A stretch of 64,000 nucleotides of DNA from the human T2T-CHM13v2.0 reference genome, Homo sapiens, in the NCBI RefSeq assembly GCF_009914755.1, contig NC_060932.1. One strand, given 5' to 3'. A model generated the notes under the pieces. The model had not been told where the DNA came from and did not search any database. It saw nothing but the letters and a program-made list of their open reading frames with translations. Every line of letters begins with the position of its first letter. Position 1 is the first letter of the stretch. Below, piece by piece: positions 1 through 12,942 of the stretch. A program made the translations under genes and the position numbers.

Positions 1-165
1 TTACTGTTTAATAAGTATAGAGTTTCAGTTTTGCAACATGAAATAATTTTAGACATCTCTTGAGTAACAATGTGAAAATACTTGACACTACTGAACTATG
101 CATTTAAAAAGAGTTAAGACAGTAAATTTAACTTTATGCTTTTTACCACAAGTAAAAAAGAAGAA
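1..165 (+). mobile_element. Old L1M 3' end fragment
   Basis: 'tatagagtttcagttttgc...actgaactatgcatttaaaa' L1MA/MB-type 3' UTR. Confidence 0.65.
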
Positions 166-2449
166 ATACCCAGACAAATTCTCCTTTAAAATACTGGAAC
201 ATCGGGATAAGGCCATAGTTCTCACCACACCTAAGCCTCAGTTCTAGGCAGGCCTCCATTTCCTCAATAGTATCATCATTGCTTACTTGTACATCCTTCC
301 AAATCCTTTTCTATATTTCTACACAGAAACACCCATGTTCAAAAACTCAAACGTAGTTATAGAAAAAGGGATAATTATTTTGTATTTACGTTTTTACTCA
401 AATTATGTCTTCAATTTGCTTATTTATTCAACACAGCCTAGAAACATATGAATGTTATATAAAGATTCATCAAGAACATTGTTTTTAAATATTGCTTAAT
501 ATTTCATCATTTGGATATAGTAGTTTATTAAGACCTTCCCTTATTTATAAATATTATTATTGTTTCACATTTTATAATTAAAAATGATGCAGCCAGAATG
601 GTCTTCTTAGCCCTTGGGGAAGTTTTTAATTTTAATTTGATGAGTTACAGATTTCATTTCTAGAAAATTCTCAGACATTATCCTTTCAATTTTCTCCCTA
701 TCTTTCCATCTCTTTTTAAAAATGTCCATCTTTCGGAAATAACTGTTAGATAGAAGTTGGAATTTCTGTTTTTAGCTTCCTTGTATTAACTTTGATTTGA
801 TTGTACTTTCCAAAATTATTCACCAAACAACTTATAGGTTTTTGCACTAAACACCCACTTACATTTTGAAAAAGCCTATACTATAATTTTCATCAGCACT
901 CTATTACATTTTTTCAATTTTAGTATTCATAAAAATCTTTTAGAAGCTTATTTAAAATTTTGATTATTAGGTCTACCCTCAAGCATTCTGGGTTAGTAGG
1001 TCTAAGATGGGCCTTAGGAACCTTCATTTTAACAAGAACCACAATAATTCTGATTCAAGCAGCCAGAGATTCCAGTTTAAAAACTACTACTGTGACACCA
1101 ACAATGGAATATTTCCAGGTTCACCATTTTTCTTTTCTATTTATTTTTACCCCAACCATTTGAAAAGTAATTGAGATATATTTATATACAATAGTCTGGG
1201 GGGAATAAAAGAACCCCTTGCAAATATTCATTATCAATTGGATGCCCAGTGGAGCCCGAAAAGCTATATATCTAGCTATTCTTGGGAAAAAAAAAAAAAC
1301 TGGCAAGATCTAGCTATTGTTTTTGAGACCTCATCTAAACTTCCACGTAGATTTGACTTTTTTTCCATTTAAAATTAATGGTTTCTTCAAGCTAAAATAA
1401 AAAATATGGAAAAATATTTGTGAGAGTAATTCAGAATGTTACTATTAATATTTTTAAAACACCATACTAGAAACACACACAGATACTTGTTTTCAATGTG
1501 CTTTCATTAAAACAATCCTCTTACGTTTCTGAAATCTTGTAACTCTGCTTTTAAACTAATAACAAATACAGAAAACCTACCCCTTGAGGCATGCAAGTAC
1601 ATTGTTAAGTTTAAATATCACCCAAATAAAGTGTAAATAAGACAAAGTATCCAATGCATTTGTAGCTATGCTAATGGATTTTCCACAGTAGCTCTACTCT
1701 TGCATGCACCATTAATGAAAATAGCCTCTCACTGGCTCCAGTTTGTCTTAATCTCAGTGTCTGATTTCTTATGTTCTCTATTTGGTGCATCTAGACTTTC
1801 AAATTTTCTGTGCACAGTAATTTCTCATCAGGCCAGTTACCTTCCTAAAGAGCCCCACTCAGCTCACTTACAACTAAAGGAAGGTTTCATAAGCTATTAA
1901 GGCATTGCAGAATCAGGTGCTGTTTTGATATCTAGTACATTGCATTTATCTAAGTGAACCTATTTTATTTAAATTATACTTTGCCCATTGTTATATATTG
2001 TCTTTCTTTTTAGATGCTACATAGATCTTATTTCTTCCTATTCTTATTCTGATAATGGAGACAAAAATAGATACATTTTTTTCTGATAGAAGTATTGCCT
2101 ATTTTTAAAATTAGAATTAAAAAACACATACATATGCAACAAATTTTCTAAGTATAACTGTAGTGTAGTTACTGTTAGATCACTGGGCTATTGATTATGA
2201 ACTATACTAATAGCAAAACACAACATACTCAAGGAGAGCTAAAGCGCTTACAGCAATGGTTAGTCAGTTGCCATCACCAGTGTTAAAGGCATAAAATCCC
2301 CACGAGTCTGCATTCTCCATACTCCAAGTGCTCAGTAAGCCTTGTAGGTTTAACTTGGGTGACGGCTGCTACCATGGTCTGTACCAAAGTCTTCAATTTA
2401 GGGAAATGAACTCATTGAAGGTGAATAAAAATTCTTCATTGGCCTAGAG

Positions 2450-2655
2450 CAGTGTCGTCTAATAGAACTTTCTGCAATGACGAAAATGTTTTCTACCTGT
2501 GCAGTGCAATATGAGAGCTGCAAGCCAAATGGGCTACTGAGCATTTAAAATGTGGCTAGAGTTACTGGAAAACAAATTTTTAACTTTATTTAATTTAAAC
2601 TAGTTTTTAAGTTAGGAAGCCACATGCAACTATTGGTTCCCATACTAGATAGCCC
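2450..2655. mobile_element. MER3-like hAT-Charlie DNA transposon
   Basis: 'aatagaactttctgcaatga...gagcatttaaaatgtggctag...agccacatg'. Confidence 0.75.
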
Positions 2656-3455
2656 AAATCTAGACCAAAATTTGCAACTCCAGTCCTCAAATATGTTTTG
2701 TTTTACATGCACACAATTTTAATTTGTTGCCAATATTTACACAATTGTGGGCTGCTATTGCCACATGGCAATGATTTGTTGAAGCTAGTAGCCACTGTCC
2801 TTTTAACCAGAAGCCTAAGTTACTTGGCTGTTACTGTTTTCTCTGTAGTTATTTCAGTTTGAGACCTTTGATTTAGACTACAGGGGGTCAAATGCATTAT
2901 TTTCATTGCTTCATTGGCTAGAAACATAAAAGCATCTTTTTAAATAATAGCTACTTTTTAAAAGGTTTCTTGGGAAATTTAAGTCTATGCTGTGTCTTAA
3001 AAGCCTGCTTCCAATGGGGTTCATTCATCTGGAATCTAAGATCTAAGAACCTCTGAATGGTCAGAGTTTACCTTGGAGCCCAGTGGCTAGCTGAACTTAG
3101 AAGCTGTGGCTGTGAAATATCACCCCTTGCATTTTCCTGTGGTTTACACAGGAGAAAACTCTTGAATATGTAGGTGGATAGAGGTGGCAAGCAAGTGTTA
3201 CCTGTGTTGTCCATGGTTTATTTGATTCTGGATTGGAGCAGTTCTTATGTGACCATTAGAAATGAAGTGTAGAACTTTATAGCAATTGAAAAAAAGGATT
3301 GCTTTCTTTATTAACAAATAAAGGTTTGAGTCACATGGAAGATATAGACATAGAACTATAAAACTGTAATTCTCTCCATCCATCAAGTATTAAAACATTT
3401 TAGACTATTGTATCAAAACATTTTAGAACCCAACTAGAAACTATTTAGATAATGA

Positions 3456-3556
3456 GATGGCTGGGTCAAATGGTATTTCTCATATGTAACTAACCTGCAC
3501 AATGTGCACATGTACCCTAAAACTTAAAGTATAATAAAAAAAAAAAAAGAAAAAAA
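3456..3556 (+). mobile_element. Tiny 5'-inverted young L1 (L1PA2/L1HS-like) insertion with 20-bp TSD
   Basis: Inverted ORF2 piece, L1 3' terminus and poly(A) between AGAAACTATTTAGATAATGA copies (3436-3455, 3557-3576). Confidence 0.9.
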
Positions 3557-3591
3557 AGAAACTATTTAGATAATGAAAACATTGAACTTAC

Positions 3592-3687
3592 GTTGAGGGC
3601 TGTAAGCGGTTCATATATAACATCCTGTGTAGGTGTTTTTTTGGTGAATTCTAATGGACATTGAAGATATTTGAAATTATACTCGAT
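3592..3687 (-). CDS. TRPA1: TRPA1 exon 17 (IEYNFKYLQCPLEFTKK...PLTALN; C665, K671); gene continues beyond the window's left edge
   Basis: CAG|...|GTAAGT, 96 nt, phase 0-0; cumulative CDS 2061 nt. Confidence 0.96.
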
Positions 3688-4226
3688 CTGTAGAAGACAG
3701 AATTTTTTTTAAAAAAATGTACAGTTAGTCAAGTATAGAATCCCCAAAGTAATTCTTGAAAAAATCAAATACACAAATTTACAATTCTGCTGAAAATTAA
3801 GTGATTTGAACAAAGTTGAGTTATTTCAAGTGGAGAAAGGAAATTAAGTTATTGCATATTAATTCTAAAAATAAATATCCTGGAAGCCTGTTATTCAATT
3901 GCTTTGTATCTCATAGGCATGGAAAGAGAGGAGTTCTCAAAAGATCATTTAGATCTTTTAGATCTTCATTATTAAGGCACAACTACTTAAGAAAACATAA
4001 AGACTAGAAACAACACTAAATGATGCTATTAGAAACTATTAAAATATTCGGGGAAAACTGAGAATGTAAGGGAAAAATTCTCTCACAAGTAGATAATACA
4101 ATAATATGACAAATTAGATCAATACCATCTGCAGTAGATTACAGATCAATAGTAACAATATTTTTAATATTTTTCAAAGAATTATAACAAAATAAATTTC
4201 AGATAATGATGATAAAATAAACTTAC

Positions 4227-4286
4227 ATAATAGTCTCGGCAGGACTTGTCTTCTGTGGAATGCAACATGCAGAAATCTAAAAGTAC
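4227..4286 (-). CDS. TRPA1: TRPA1 exon 16 (VLLDFCMLHSTEDKSCRDYY; C641)
   Basis: AAAG|...|GTAAGT, 60 nt, phase 0-0. Confidence 0.95.
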
Positions 4287-4622
4287 CTTTGAAAGAGAAA
4301 AACCAGCTAAGATATTGGGGCAGTACACTACATATTAGGAAAGATTTTATCCTATTTCTGAAATAATACACAAGACATTCCCTTTCCTTTCCTTGGTTTC
4401 TTGCATCTCAAGAATAAATTATAATCTATGTCATTCAGGAACAAAGTTTAAAATACAAAATGTTACAAATACCTCTGCATGCCTCAGAAATACCAGTGAT
4501 TCAGAAAAAATACCATGTACTTGAGAATAAAATTGCATGTACTAAAATCTAGGCAAGAGATATTCCACTAGTTGTGCCTAAGATTTGATGTCTTTCTGGA
4601 CTTTTAGAGGATATATAGATTA

Positions 4623-4943
4623 CAGGTTGAGCAATCCTAATCTGAAAATGTGAAATTCTAAACGCTCCAAAATCCAAAATGTTTTGAGCACCCACATATT
4701 TCCATAAGTAGAAAATTCCACACATGAGTACTTAATATAAACTTTGTTTCATGCACAAAATTATTAAAAATATTATATAAAATTACCTTCAGGCTATGCT
4801 TTTAAGGAGGGTATGAAACACAAATGAATTTTGTATCTACACTTGGATCCCATCCTTATGATGCCTCATTATATATAGGCCAATATTCTGAAATCCAAAT
4901 CATTTCTGGTCCCAAGAAGTTGGGATAAAGGATAGTCAATCTG
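4623..4943. mobile_element. Tigger4/Zombi-like TcMar MITE
   Basis: TA-CAGGTTGAGCAATCC at the left end and degenerate complementary TIR (ggatagtcaatctg) at the right. Confidence 0.7.
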
Positions 4944-7001
4944 ATTCCTTTGCTGGGTACCTTACTGTGACAACTTATTGTTCTTAATCAAGATTTTTCA
5001 TCCCAGCAATGGAGTCTTTCTATGGTTTAGTTCCCATCTTCTGAACTGCCCCAGTCTGGAGTAATGTGTTTGCTTCTATACCTCATGTGCCAAGCAACAC
5101 GGAGAGAGTATGTGTTTAGAGGGGGGTGGACAGGATGGTGGGGGATAGATGTTGTAATGAGAAATAGATGAAGACTCTCTAGATACTTAACTCAGGGAAA
5201 GAACACTTATGGGGTCAATAGAGCCACCTCTATGGTGTGTGGGAACAACTGTTTTTGTGGGGCTGCATAAACAATTTGAGACACCTCAAATCTAGTGGTC
5301 CAAATTTATGGTCCTGAGAAAGAAATATCACCTAGCCAGGCTGCCCTCTTGGAACCAGGACTAGACAAAATACCCCATATGGCCCCATCAATGCATCTAG
5401 GACCTCCTGGGGCATCTGGTGAACCTGTAGAACTTGAGGGTAGAGGGTCAGACTATATCCAGAAGGGAAGAAACAGGGCCATGGCTGGTCTCAGGTACCA
5501 AAGGGACTAAGAAAATTACAAGGAAGTCTCTGTTGGTGACTAGATAGCAGTACTGGAGGTCACAACAACCATCATGAAAAATAAAGACAAGACTAGCCAG
5601 TAGTGCTGTGCAAGGCAGAAACAGGCAGGTCTGGTTGTTATAGTTTGAAAACTGGATAATAATCAACGTGTGCAAAATAAAGGATGGGCTGTCTTGGGTG
5701 GGGGCTGGGGAGATTTCAAGAGCAACTTTTCAGAAATGTTGTATAAGTATTTCAAATGCATTATGTCCGGCTAAATTAAGACATGTAAGTTCATTTATTT
5801 TGCTGAAAAGTAGTCACAATATAAAAGTAATTAAGTCATTATAGAAAATTACCTAGAAAATATAGTAGCATAAAGAAGAAATTAAAAACTAATCCTAATC
5901 CTATAACAGATAATTCTTATTAACATTTTGGTATAATTTCGACTGTTTACTATGTTTCCACATGTGAATATTTCAACATTGTTTTACAATTATAAATAAT
6001 GTTGCAGGAAACATTCTGTAAAAATCTGTATCTCTGATTATTCATCAAGACAGATTTCAACAACTGTAACTACAGAATAAGAAAGTTTGAGATTAAGTAT
6101 TTATGTGTCCTTTGATGAGATGTAGGCACCTAAAAAGTTAATCTGTATGCCATTTGTGTACTGGACTGGCTCCAATTTTCATTAGGCATCATAAAAAAAC
6201 CATCCAAAACATTTGGTGCACAGGAAGTCCTTGTTCAATAAAGAACAATAAGTGCTAGTAGTACTAATAACCACATAAGCAGCACAAAAATAGCAGGAGG
6301 TATATTATGTACAAACCATTATCCTTAGCACTTTATATATTTTACCCCTACTTTTGTAATCACTTTGTAAGATCAGTATTAGCATCATTATTTTAGAAAT
6401 AGAGAAAACAGAAAATAATGCTCAGAGAGGTGAAATGACTTGCCTAAAACAACACAGCAAAAGGCAGCACCAGGATTAAATCCCAGGACCTCCAGAAGGC
6501 TCCAAATCTGGTCTTCTATTCCCTGTGTCATTATATCTTACTGCCTCCTCCAGCATTTGTATATATTTTTCCTTTGCATGACATCTGAAGTCATTCTGCC
6601 TTTCTTGGTTATTCTGTCTGTCCCAACCCTCAAATCCCAACTTTCCCAGATTGCTTATTTGCATCCTTTAATACTCATCTGCTCAACAATTTGTGCATGT
6701 TTGTCTTGTCTGGGGTGTCCGGTCATATGCTAGTGTATATTTAACGTAGCAAAAGGGGTCACATGTTTAAGAACCCACAGAAGCCAGGCAAGTAATGTAA
6801 ATGAAAGAACCATGCCAGGCATAAGAGCTTTTTTCCATTGTTCTTGAGATGTTGGCTATACTTGGGCAAGCTTTTATCTTCACAGTTTGGATAAAGTCAT
6901 AATTCAATACTTCTCTACTATAAGGAAAGCAATTGCATAAGAATGACAATATGTGACAACTAGGCACTGGAGCCCAATATACAAAAGGGAGAGGTGGGGC
7001 A

Positions 7002-7327
7002 TTTTATTTTATTTTTTTTTTAATTTTTATTTTTTTACCATACCTTAAGTTCTAGGGTATGCACAACGTGCAGGTTTGTTACATGTATACATGAGCCATG
7101 TTGGTTTGCTGCACCCATTAACTTGTCATTTACATTAGGTATTTATCCTAATGCTATCACTCCCCTCTCCCCCCACCCCACGACAGGCCCCGGTGTGTGA
7201 TGTTCCCCACCCTGTGTCCAAGTGTTCTCATTGTTCAATTCCCACCTATGAGTGAGAACATGTGGCGTTTGGTTTTCTGTCCTTGTGACAGTTTGCTCAG
7301 AATGATGGTTTCCAGCTTCATCCATGT
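7002..7327 (-). mobile_element. 5'-truncated L1PA 3' end
   Basis: Poly(T), L1PA 3' UTR and ORF2 C-terminus (WMKLETIILSKLSQGQKTKRHMFSLIGGN). Confidence 0.92.
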
Positions 7328-7851
7328 TTTTAAATAGGAGAGTGATTGTCCCATCCATGGGAAGCAGCTGGTGCTGAGCCCAGCAATTCCTGCCTTGTGA
7401 GAAGGCAGGCCCAGGTACAAGATCTCATTCTTATGAGAAGCTAGATATTTGGAGGAAAATATAACTGGAAGAAACCAGATACCTTAAGGAAAGCATCCTG
7501 GTTTCAAACATTAGCAATTCATGCACATTTGAAACAACAATAGCATGCATGCCAAGCGAAACATATACAAAAGCTTTACCAGCCAACAAACACCAGTTTG
7601 TAGTCTCTGTTATAGGTGTAGATTATTTAAATAAAAAATATTTTACCATATTATTCTCTATTACATATAATAACTAATAGGATTCTTTAATCCAAGAAGG
7701 CCTTCCTTAAATAGTTATTGTCTCATTTCCCTTACAGCCTATGGAAAATGAGAAGCTTTGTTTAAAGCTGGAAATTATTATTATTAGGTTGTGATTACAA
7801 CAACATATGTCAAGCATAAACCCAGGAAGAATTTTGTTTTAGAGAATTTAC

Positions 7852-7945
7852 CTTCATGCATTCAGGGAGGTATTCTATCATTTCTGTAATTGGACATTTA
7901 TTGCCTGGAGAATTATGACTGAAAATCTTAAGACATTCATCCCAT
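7852..7945 (-). CDS. TRPA1: TRPA1 exon 15 (WDECLKIFSHNSPGNKCPITEMIEYLPECMK; C621)
   Basis: CAG|...|GTAAAT, 94 nt. Confidence 0.97.
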
Positions 7946-9059
7946 CTGTAAAAAATAAATAAGTAAGATAAGCACAGGTCTTCATCCTTCTGTTCTGTAC
8001 AACAGCTGAAACTCAAGATTATTTCTTTAGGGGAAACCTAAACTTAAGCATATTCATGAAATGCAATGCTCACCCTTGGTTCCAATGGAACCAACACGTA
8101 AAGCAAGATCAACTCAGTAATAGGATCCTTGCCCGTTAATGGACATTAGGAATGTGGGCAAATTTCAGGATGGCTATTATAATCATTGTTCTGTCTCTTT
8201 ATCTAAATGCCATTCAAAGAAGCTGGGACTATATCTTCTTTTTCTCCTGAAGTTATGAAATGGTCAGTACTTACAGAGCTGACCACGTTGGGTAGAGATT
8301 CCACATTCACATGCCTACACCATCAGTGTAGTACTGGTCCCATATTTAATAACTAATACATGTGTACATCCTGTATTGAGTTAAACTACAAATTAACACA
8401 TGTAAAGTGCATTGATAAGCATAGCCTCTGCCAGAACATTCCAGATTTTGCCCATTTTCTTCATCACCATCCAACTGAACAGGGTAAGACGGTGCTTACC
8501 ATACCAAGGAGGAACTAAATCTATGGCAGGAGGCAAAGAATGGCCCATTATCTCCAAGATCTTATCTAATTTTCTGTTAAACTCTATCAGTAAAACCCAT
8601 CTAGTATATCTACATTATCAAAAGAAAAGTTTGGATTGAACACTTTCATTAAAAGTGCTTTAAAGGGATGATCAGTCGGAGATTTTTTAGACTGCCCATG
8701 CTCAAAAACACAGGCTTGATGTGCCTTGAATATGAGATTGTTCGCTCTGTGTCCACTACTAGGTGACACTGGGCCCTCGTGCATAACTATCAGTGATTAT
8801 TTTAGAAAGTGATATTATAAAGATATTATGAGAAGTGAGACTAACTATCCTCTAACTTCATCACTAAAATTCCTTGGAGTATGGTTTAGAAACCCACCAA
8901 CACCTGAACCCCTGGAGTCTCACAAGAGTGATGTGAAGCTTGGTTTTATGTGCCCACATTTTATTTTTTAAGAAATATAAACTAAAGATCAGAGAGGTTA
9001 AGCAATGTGCCTGTTGTCATCCAAAAGAATTCATTTATAAATTTAGGTAGACATTTAGA

Positions 9060-9527
<468 letters not shown>

Positions 9528-9672
9528 CCTTTAAAAAATTGATGTAAACAACTGATATTTTAAATTTTGATTAATGGCTGAAAATCATTTCTTTTCTCTT
9601 ATTTTGTCTCAGACTTCAAATCATCCCAACACCAGAGAACACTAAATGACAGTGGACAGGAAGACAGTGTAC

Positions 9673-9839
9673 CTTTTGCTCCTGATGATCGTAAGAACAA
9701 CCTCCTTCCTCTTATTGTGAAGTGCAAGGTGCAAAAAGGAGGCCTGCTGCTTGTTCAGGACTATGTCAGCATTGTGGCTCAGAAGAAGCGCAACGGCTTT
9801 GGCGTGGCCTTCCCTTGCAGCAAAGTGAAGTGCAGTGTT
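9673..9839 (-). CDS. TRPA1: TRPA1 exon 14 (NTALHFAAREGHAK...IIRSK)
   Basis: AAAAG|...|GTACAC, 167 nt; overlaps ORF 9642..9860. Confidence 0.96.
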
Positions 9840-10037
9840 CTTTTGAAGAAAAACAGACACAGAAAACGTGGTGACAGTGTCTAATCTGTCTTATTTCACT
9901 GCTTAACTGCTTAAAAGACATTAGCGACACTATTTAATACCAAAATACATAGCACTTAAAACTGGTGTTCAGAATCAAGCTTCAAAATAATGAGTTTATA
10001 GTTCTAGCATGGTGTGTGTGCATGTGTGGGAAGTGGA

Positions 10038-10039
<2 letters not shown>

Positions 10040-10088
<49 letters not shown>

Positions 10089-10093
10089 TAGAT

Positions 10094-10140
<47 letters not shown>
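10040..10140. repeat. Compound (TG)n(GA)n microsatellite, intron 13
   Basis: Direct reading. Confidence 0.97.
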
Positions 10141-10145
<5 letters not shown>

Positions 10146-10848
10146 TTCCAAGGCATTTGTTTTGTGTTGCTTTTGCAATGGGATGATTCCACAAGGACAA
10201 AGGACAAGCTTTCAGGGTAAAGATGTTGGGTTGAACACAGAAGAAAATCCTCCTGAGATTGATCATTTGTAGAACAGTGGCTTACAGATTTGGGGCTTCA
10301 CAAGCTTGTAAATGTTTTTTAAAATCAGAGACTGTTATAAGTTTGCCCATTTTTAGTTTCTCCACTTAAAGACTTTTTTTTTTTGAAAAAGGCAACAACA
10401 GTCTTCTATCCCCATCATTTTATGAACAAACGTACATTTCAAAAGTTACTCTCCCCAAAGGAAGGAAAGACATAATAGCACAATAAAGGGCAGCATTTCA
10501 AATCAATACACTTCAAAATAACACTTATCTTAATGAAAACTCACCCCTGCCTTCATTTCTCTGGACCTACCAGGGAGTAAACGCTTTACCATCAAATTTC
10601 ATTGGCCTGTGGACCTCGCTGCTCTGTGAGACTGGAGGTTTCCCCAACATTCACCCACCCCTTGGTATTCTCCCAATTCTGTTGCCTTTTGATTCATACT
10701 TCACCTCAAGAATCCACTTGCTAAACACCCAACAAAAGGCTGGGAATAGAGCAAGGAAGGTAAAAGGTGTCTAGGAGAGTTTTCTGGCAATGTTGGAAGT
10801 TTCTGCTATATTGAGATTTTGGGTAAGCATGAGAACCGCAGTACATAC

Positions 10849-10963
10849 CCCGTCTTCATCCAAGCGATCTGTGCACTTCAAATTAGTATCAAGAATGACC
10901 TTCATGGTCTGAGTGTACCCGCCCATGGACGCATGATGCAAAGCTGTCCAGCCATTGTGGTCA
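10849..10963 (-). CDS. TRPA1: TRPA1 exon 13 (DHNGWTALHHASMGG...LDEDG)
   Basis: CAG|...|GTATGT, 115 nt. Confidence 0.97.
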
Positions 10964-12522
10964 CTGGTAAAGAGTTAAGAAAAGGTGTGTGCATACACTT
11001 AACAGATGAAATGCGGGATGGGATGCCACTTGGCTTATTCTAGGTAAATCTGATGACAACAAAAAGCATTATTGAGATCTGGCAACTAAATATTTATAAA
11101 ACATTTATAATAAATGAGCTAATTCCAAGCTCAATGATCTTAAATGACCTATTTCTAATGTGATTCATACACGTTTTTTACTTAGTGGTTTAAAATATGA
11201 AAGTATATAAACACATTACCAAACACTTTGGGGTAGGAGAAGTACGCTTAGCATGTCTGTGTCATACCTAATTTTTTTAAAGCTATAATGAACTGATACA
11301 CATCAATTTAAATCTTGTTTTATTCTTTCAATGAACACTGTATCAAAATTTTTTTATGAAGTAATGTTAGTCTTTGTGGTCAATAGTTATTGGTAATACT
11401 ACTAGTAATATGGTACATGGCTATAAGATGCTTAGCTTAGTGTCAGTTATTATTCTAAGAGTTTAAATCTAAAAAGCTTCCCTCTTGTGCTCTGAAAAAT
11501 GCTTACTCAATTGCTTTGAAAAATGTTTATCCTTTTCCACAGAAATTCAAGATGTAAATACAACAAAGCCTTGTCATATTAGCTATCTTTTTTCAAATTA
11601 GACAGAAAAAAATTCGTGACACTATTTAATTTCAGTGCTAGTGAGCAGATGTTTTAGGGTGCAAGAGCCATGTTGCTATTTCAGTTATGATGTAATTAAG
11701 CAACAACTGTCTGGCCTGGGTCTACTTCGGTCCCCTTTGCAGGTCAGTTGCTTGGTGTTTCTTTGTAAACCAGAAAAAACTGAGCAAAACATTCATTCAT
11801 GTAGCTGTAGCACCAATTTGCTGGCATCAATATTATGGTAAGGAAATGTGTTTTTGAACATTAGCCTAATAAGCTCTTTGCTACTGCTATGGTAAGATAT
11901 CAAATGAAAAACCTCTGTAAAACATTTCCAGGTTTTTTCTTTCTTATCACAATATCATTTAATTATGCCACATATTTTATTATACTTACATATTTTAACT
12001 TTGTTTCTTGTACTTGAGTTCATTTAAGTATAATAAAATTCAGAAATTTTTACCATCTCCTGTTGTCACTTAAAGGGAAATTTTTATGCCTACCATTCAT
12101 CAGATTGAATGAAAAGTAGAGTATTTGAACTTGTATGTTTTGTGTGTGTGTGTACGTGCATACACACATACACAACCACAGTTTTGTATCTATATAGGAA
12201 TATGGCAGCATGATGAGGTAAAATATGAGAAACTATGTTTCAAAGAAAGGTTCTGAGAAAGACTGCACAAAGCCAATTATTCTGTGACCTTGAACAAGGT
12301 TCTTCAACGCTATAAACTTCAAAGTCTTTGTCAGTTGGAAATAATACTGACTTCCCTTTCAGTATTTTTAGAAGTTACATATGTTTTGATGAAAAAATAA
12401 ATTGGATAAAAGTACTTAGTGAGATATAAAGTTAGACCTCATAATTAAAAATATAATGAAAAGATAGCCTGAAAATGGCTAATTAAAGAAATTATATAAA
12501 CACTCCAATCATATATCCTCAC

Positions 12523-12687
12523 CTGAGAAACAATGCACCTTTTTTCAGAAGAAGCTGAACTACTTTATCATGTCCATTCTTTGCTGCCAGATGGAGAGGA
12601 GTCATTCCATGAAGGTCACCTTCATTCAGAAGCCTCGTATCACTTATGTCTTGTAGGAGCCTCTGACAGGTATTGATACGCCCATAA
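12523..12687 (-). CDS. TRPA1: TRPA1 exon 12 (YGRINTCQRLL...GMTPLHLAAKNGH...GALFL)
   Basis: AAG|...|GTGAGG, 165 nt. Confidence 0.97.
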
Positions 12688-12772
12688 CTTGGAAAAAATT
12701 AGGTTTCATATTTTCAAGGCAAATATTAAACAGAAAGAAGACATGTTCATACATTGCTAGACTGACCCTTAC

Positions 12773-12942
12773 CTGGCTGCAAAATGCAGAGGTGATTTCT
12801 TATCTTTGCTTTTGGAATGAATGGACACATTAAAGCCAAGTAGGTTATTTACAGAACCAGGGCCCCCCTGTCTACATGCATAATGTAGAGGAGTACACCC
12901 ATCGTTGTCTTCATCCATTACCAGCTCTTTGATCTGTTGCAT
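12773..12942 (-). CDS. TRPA1: TRPA1 exon 11 (MQQIKELV...GCTPLHYAC...KSPLHFAA)
   Basis: TAG|...|GTAAGG, 170 nt; followed by an 85-nt intron. Confidence 0.97.

Noticed and set aside
3198-3386. Minus-strand ORF ending at a donor-like CAG|GTAAC in intron 17
   Set aside because: Does not match TRPA1 exon 18 (expected AMVQNNRIELL…); no convincing acceptor
9982-10266. ORFs with SL/HT repeats
   Set aside because: Translations of the (TG)n(GA)n microsatellite
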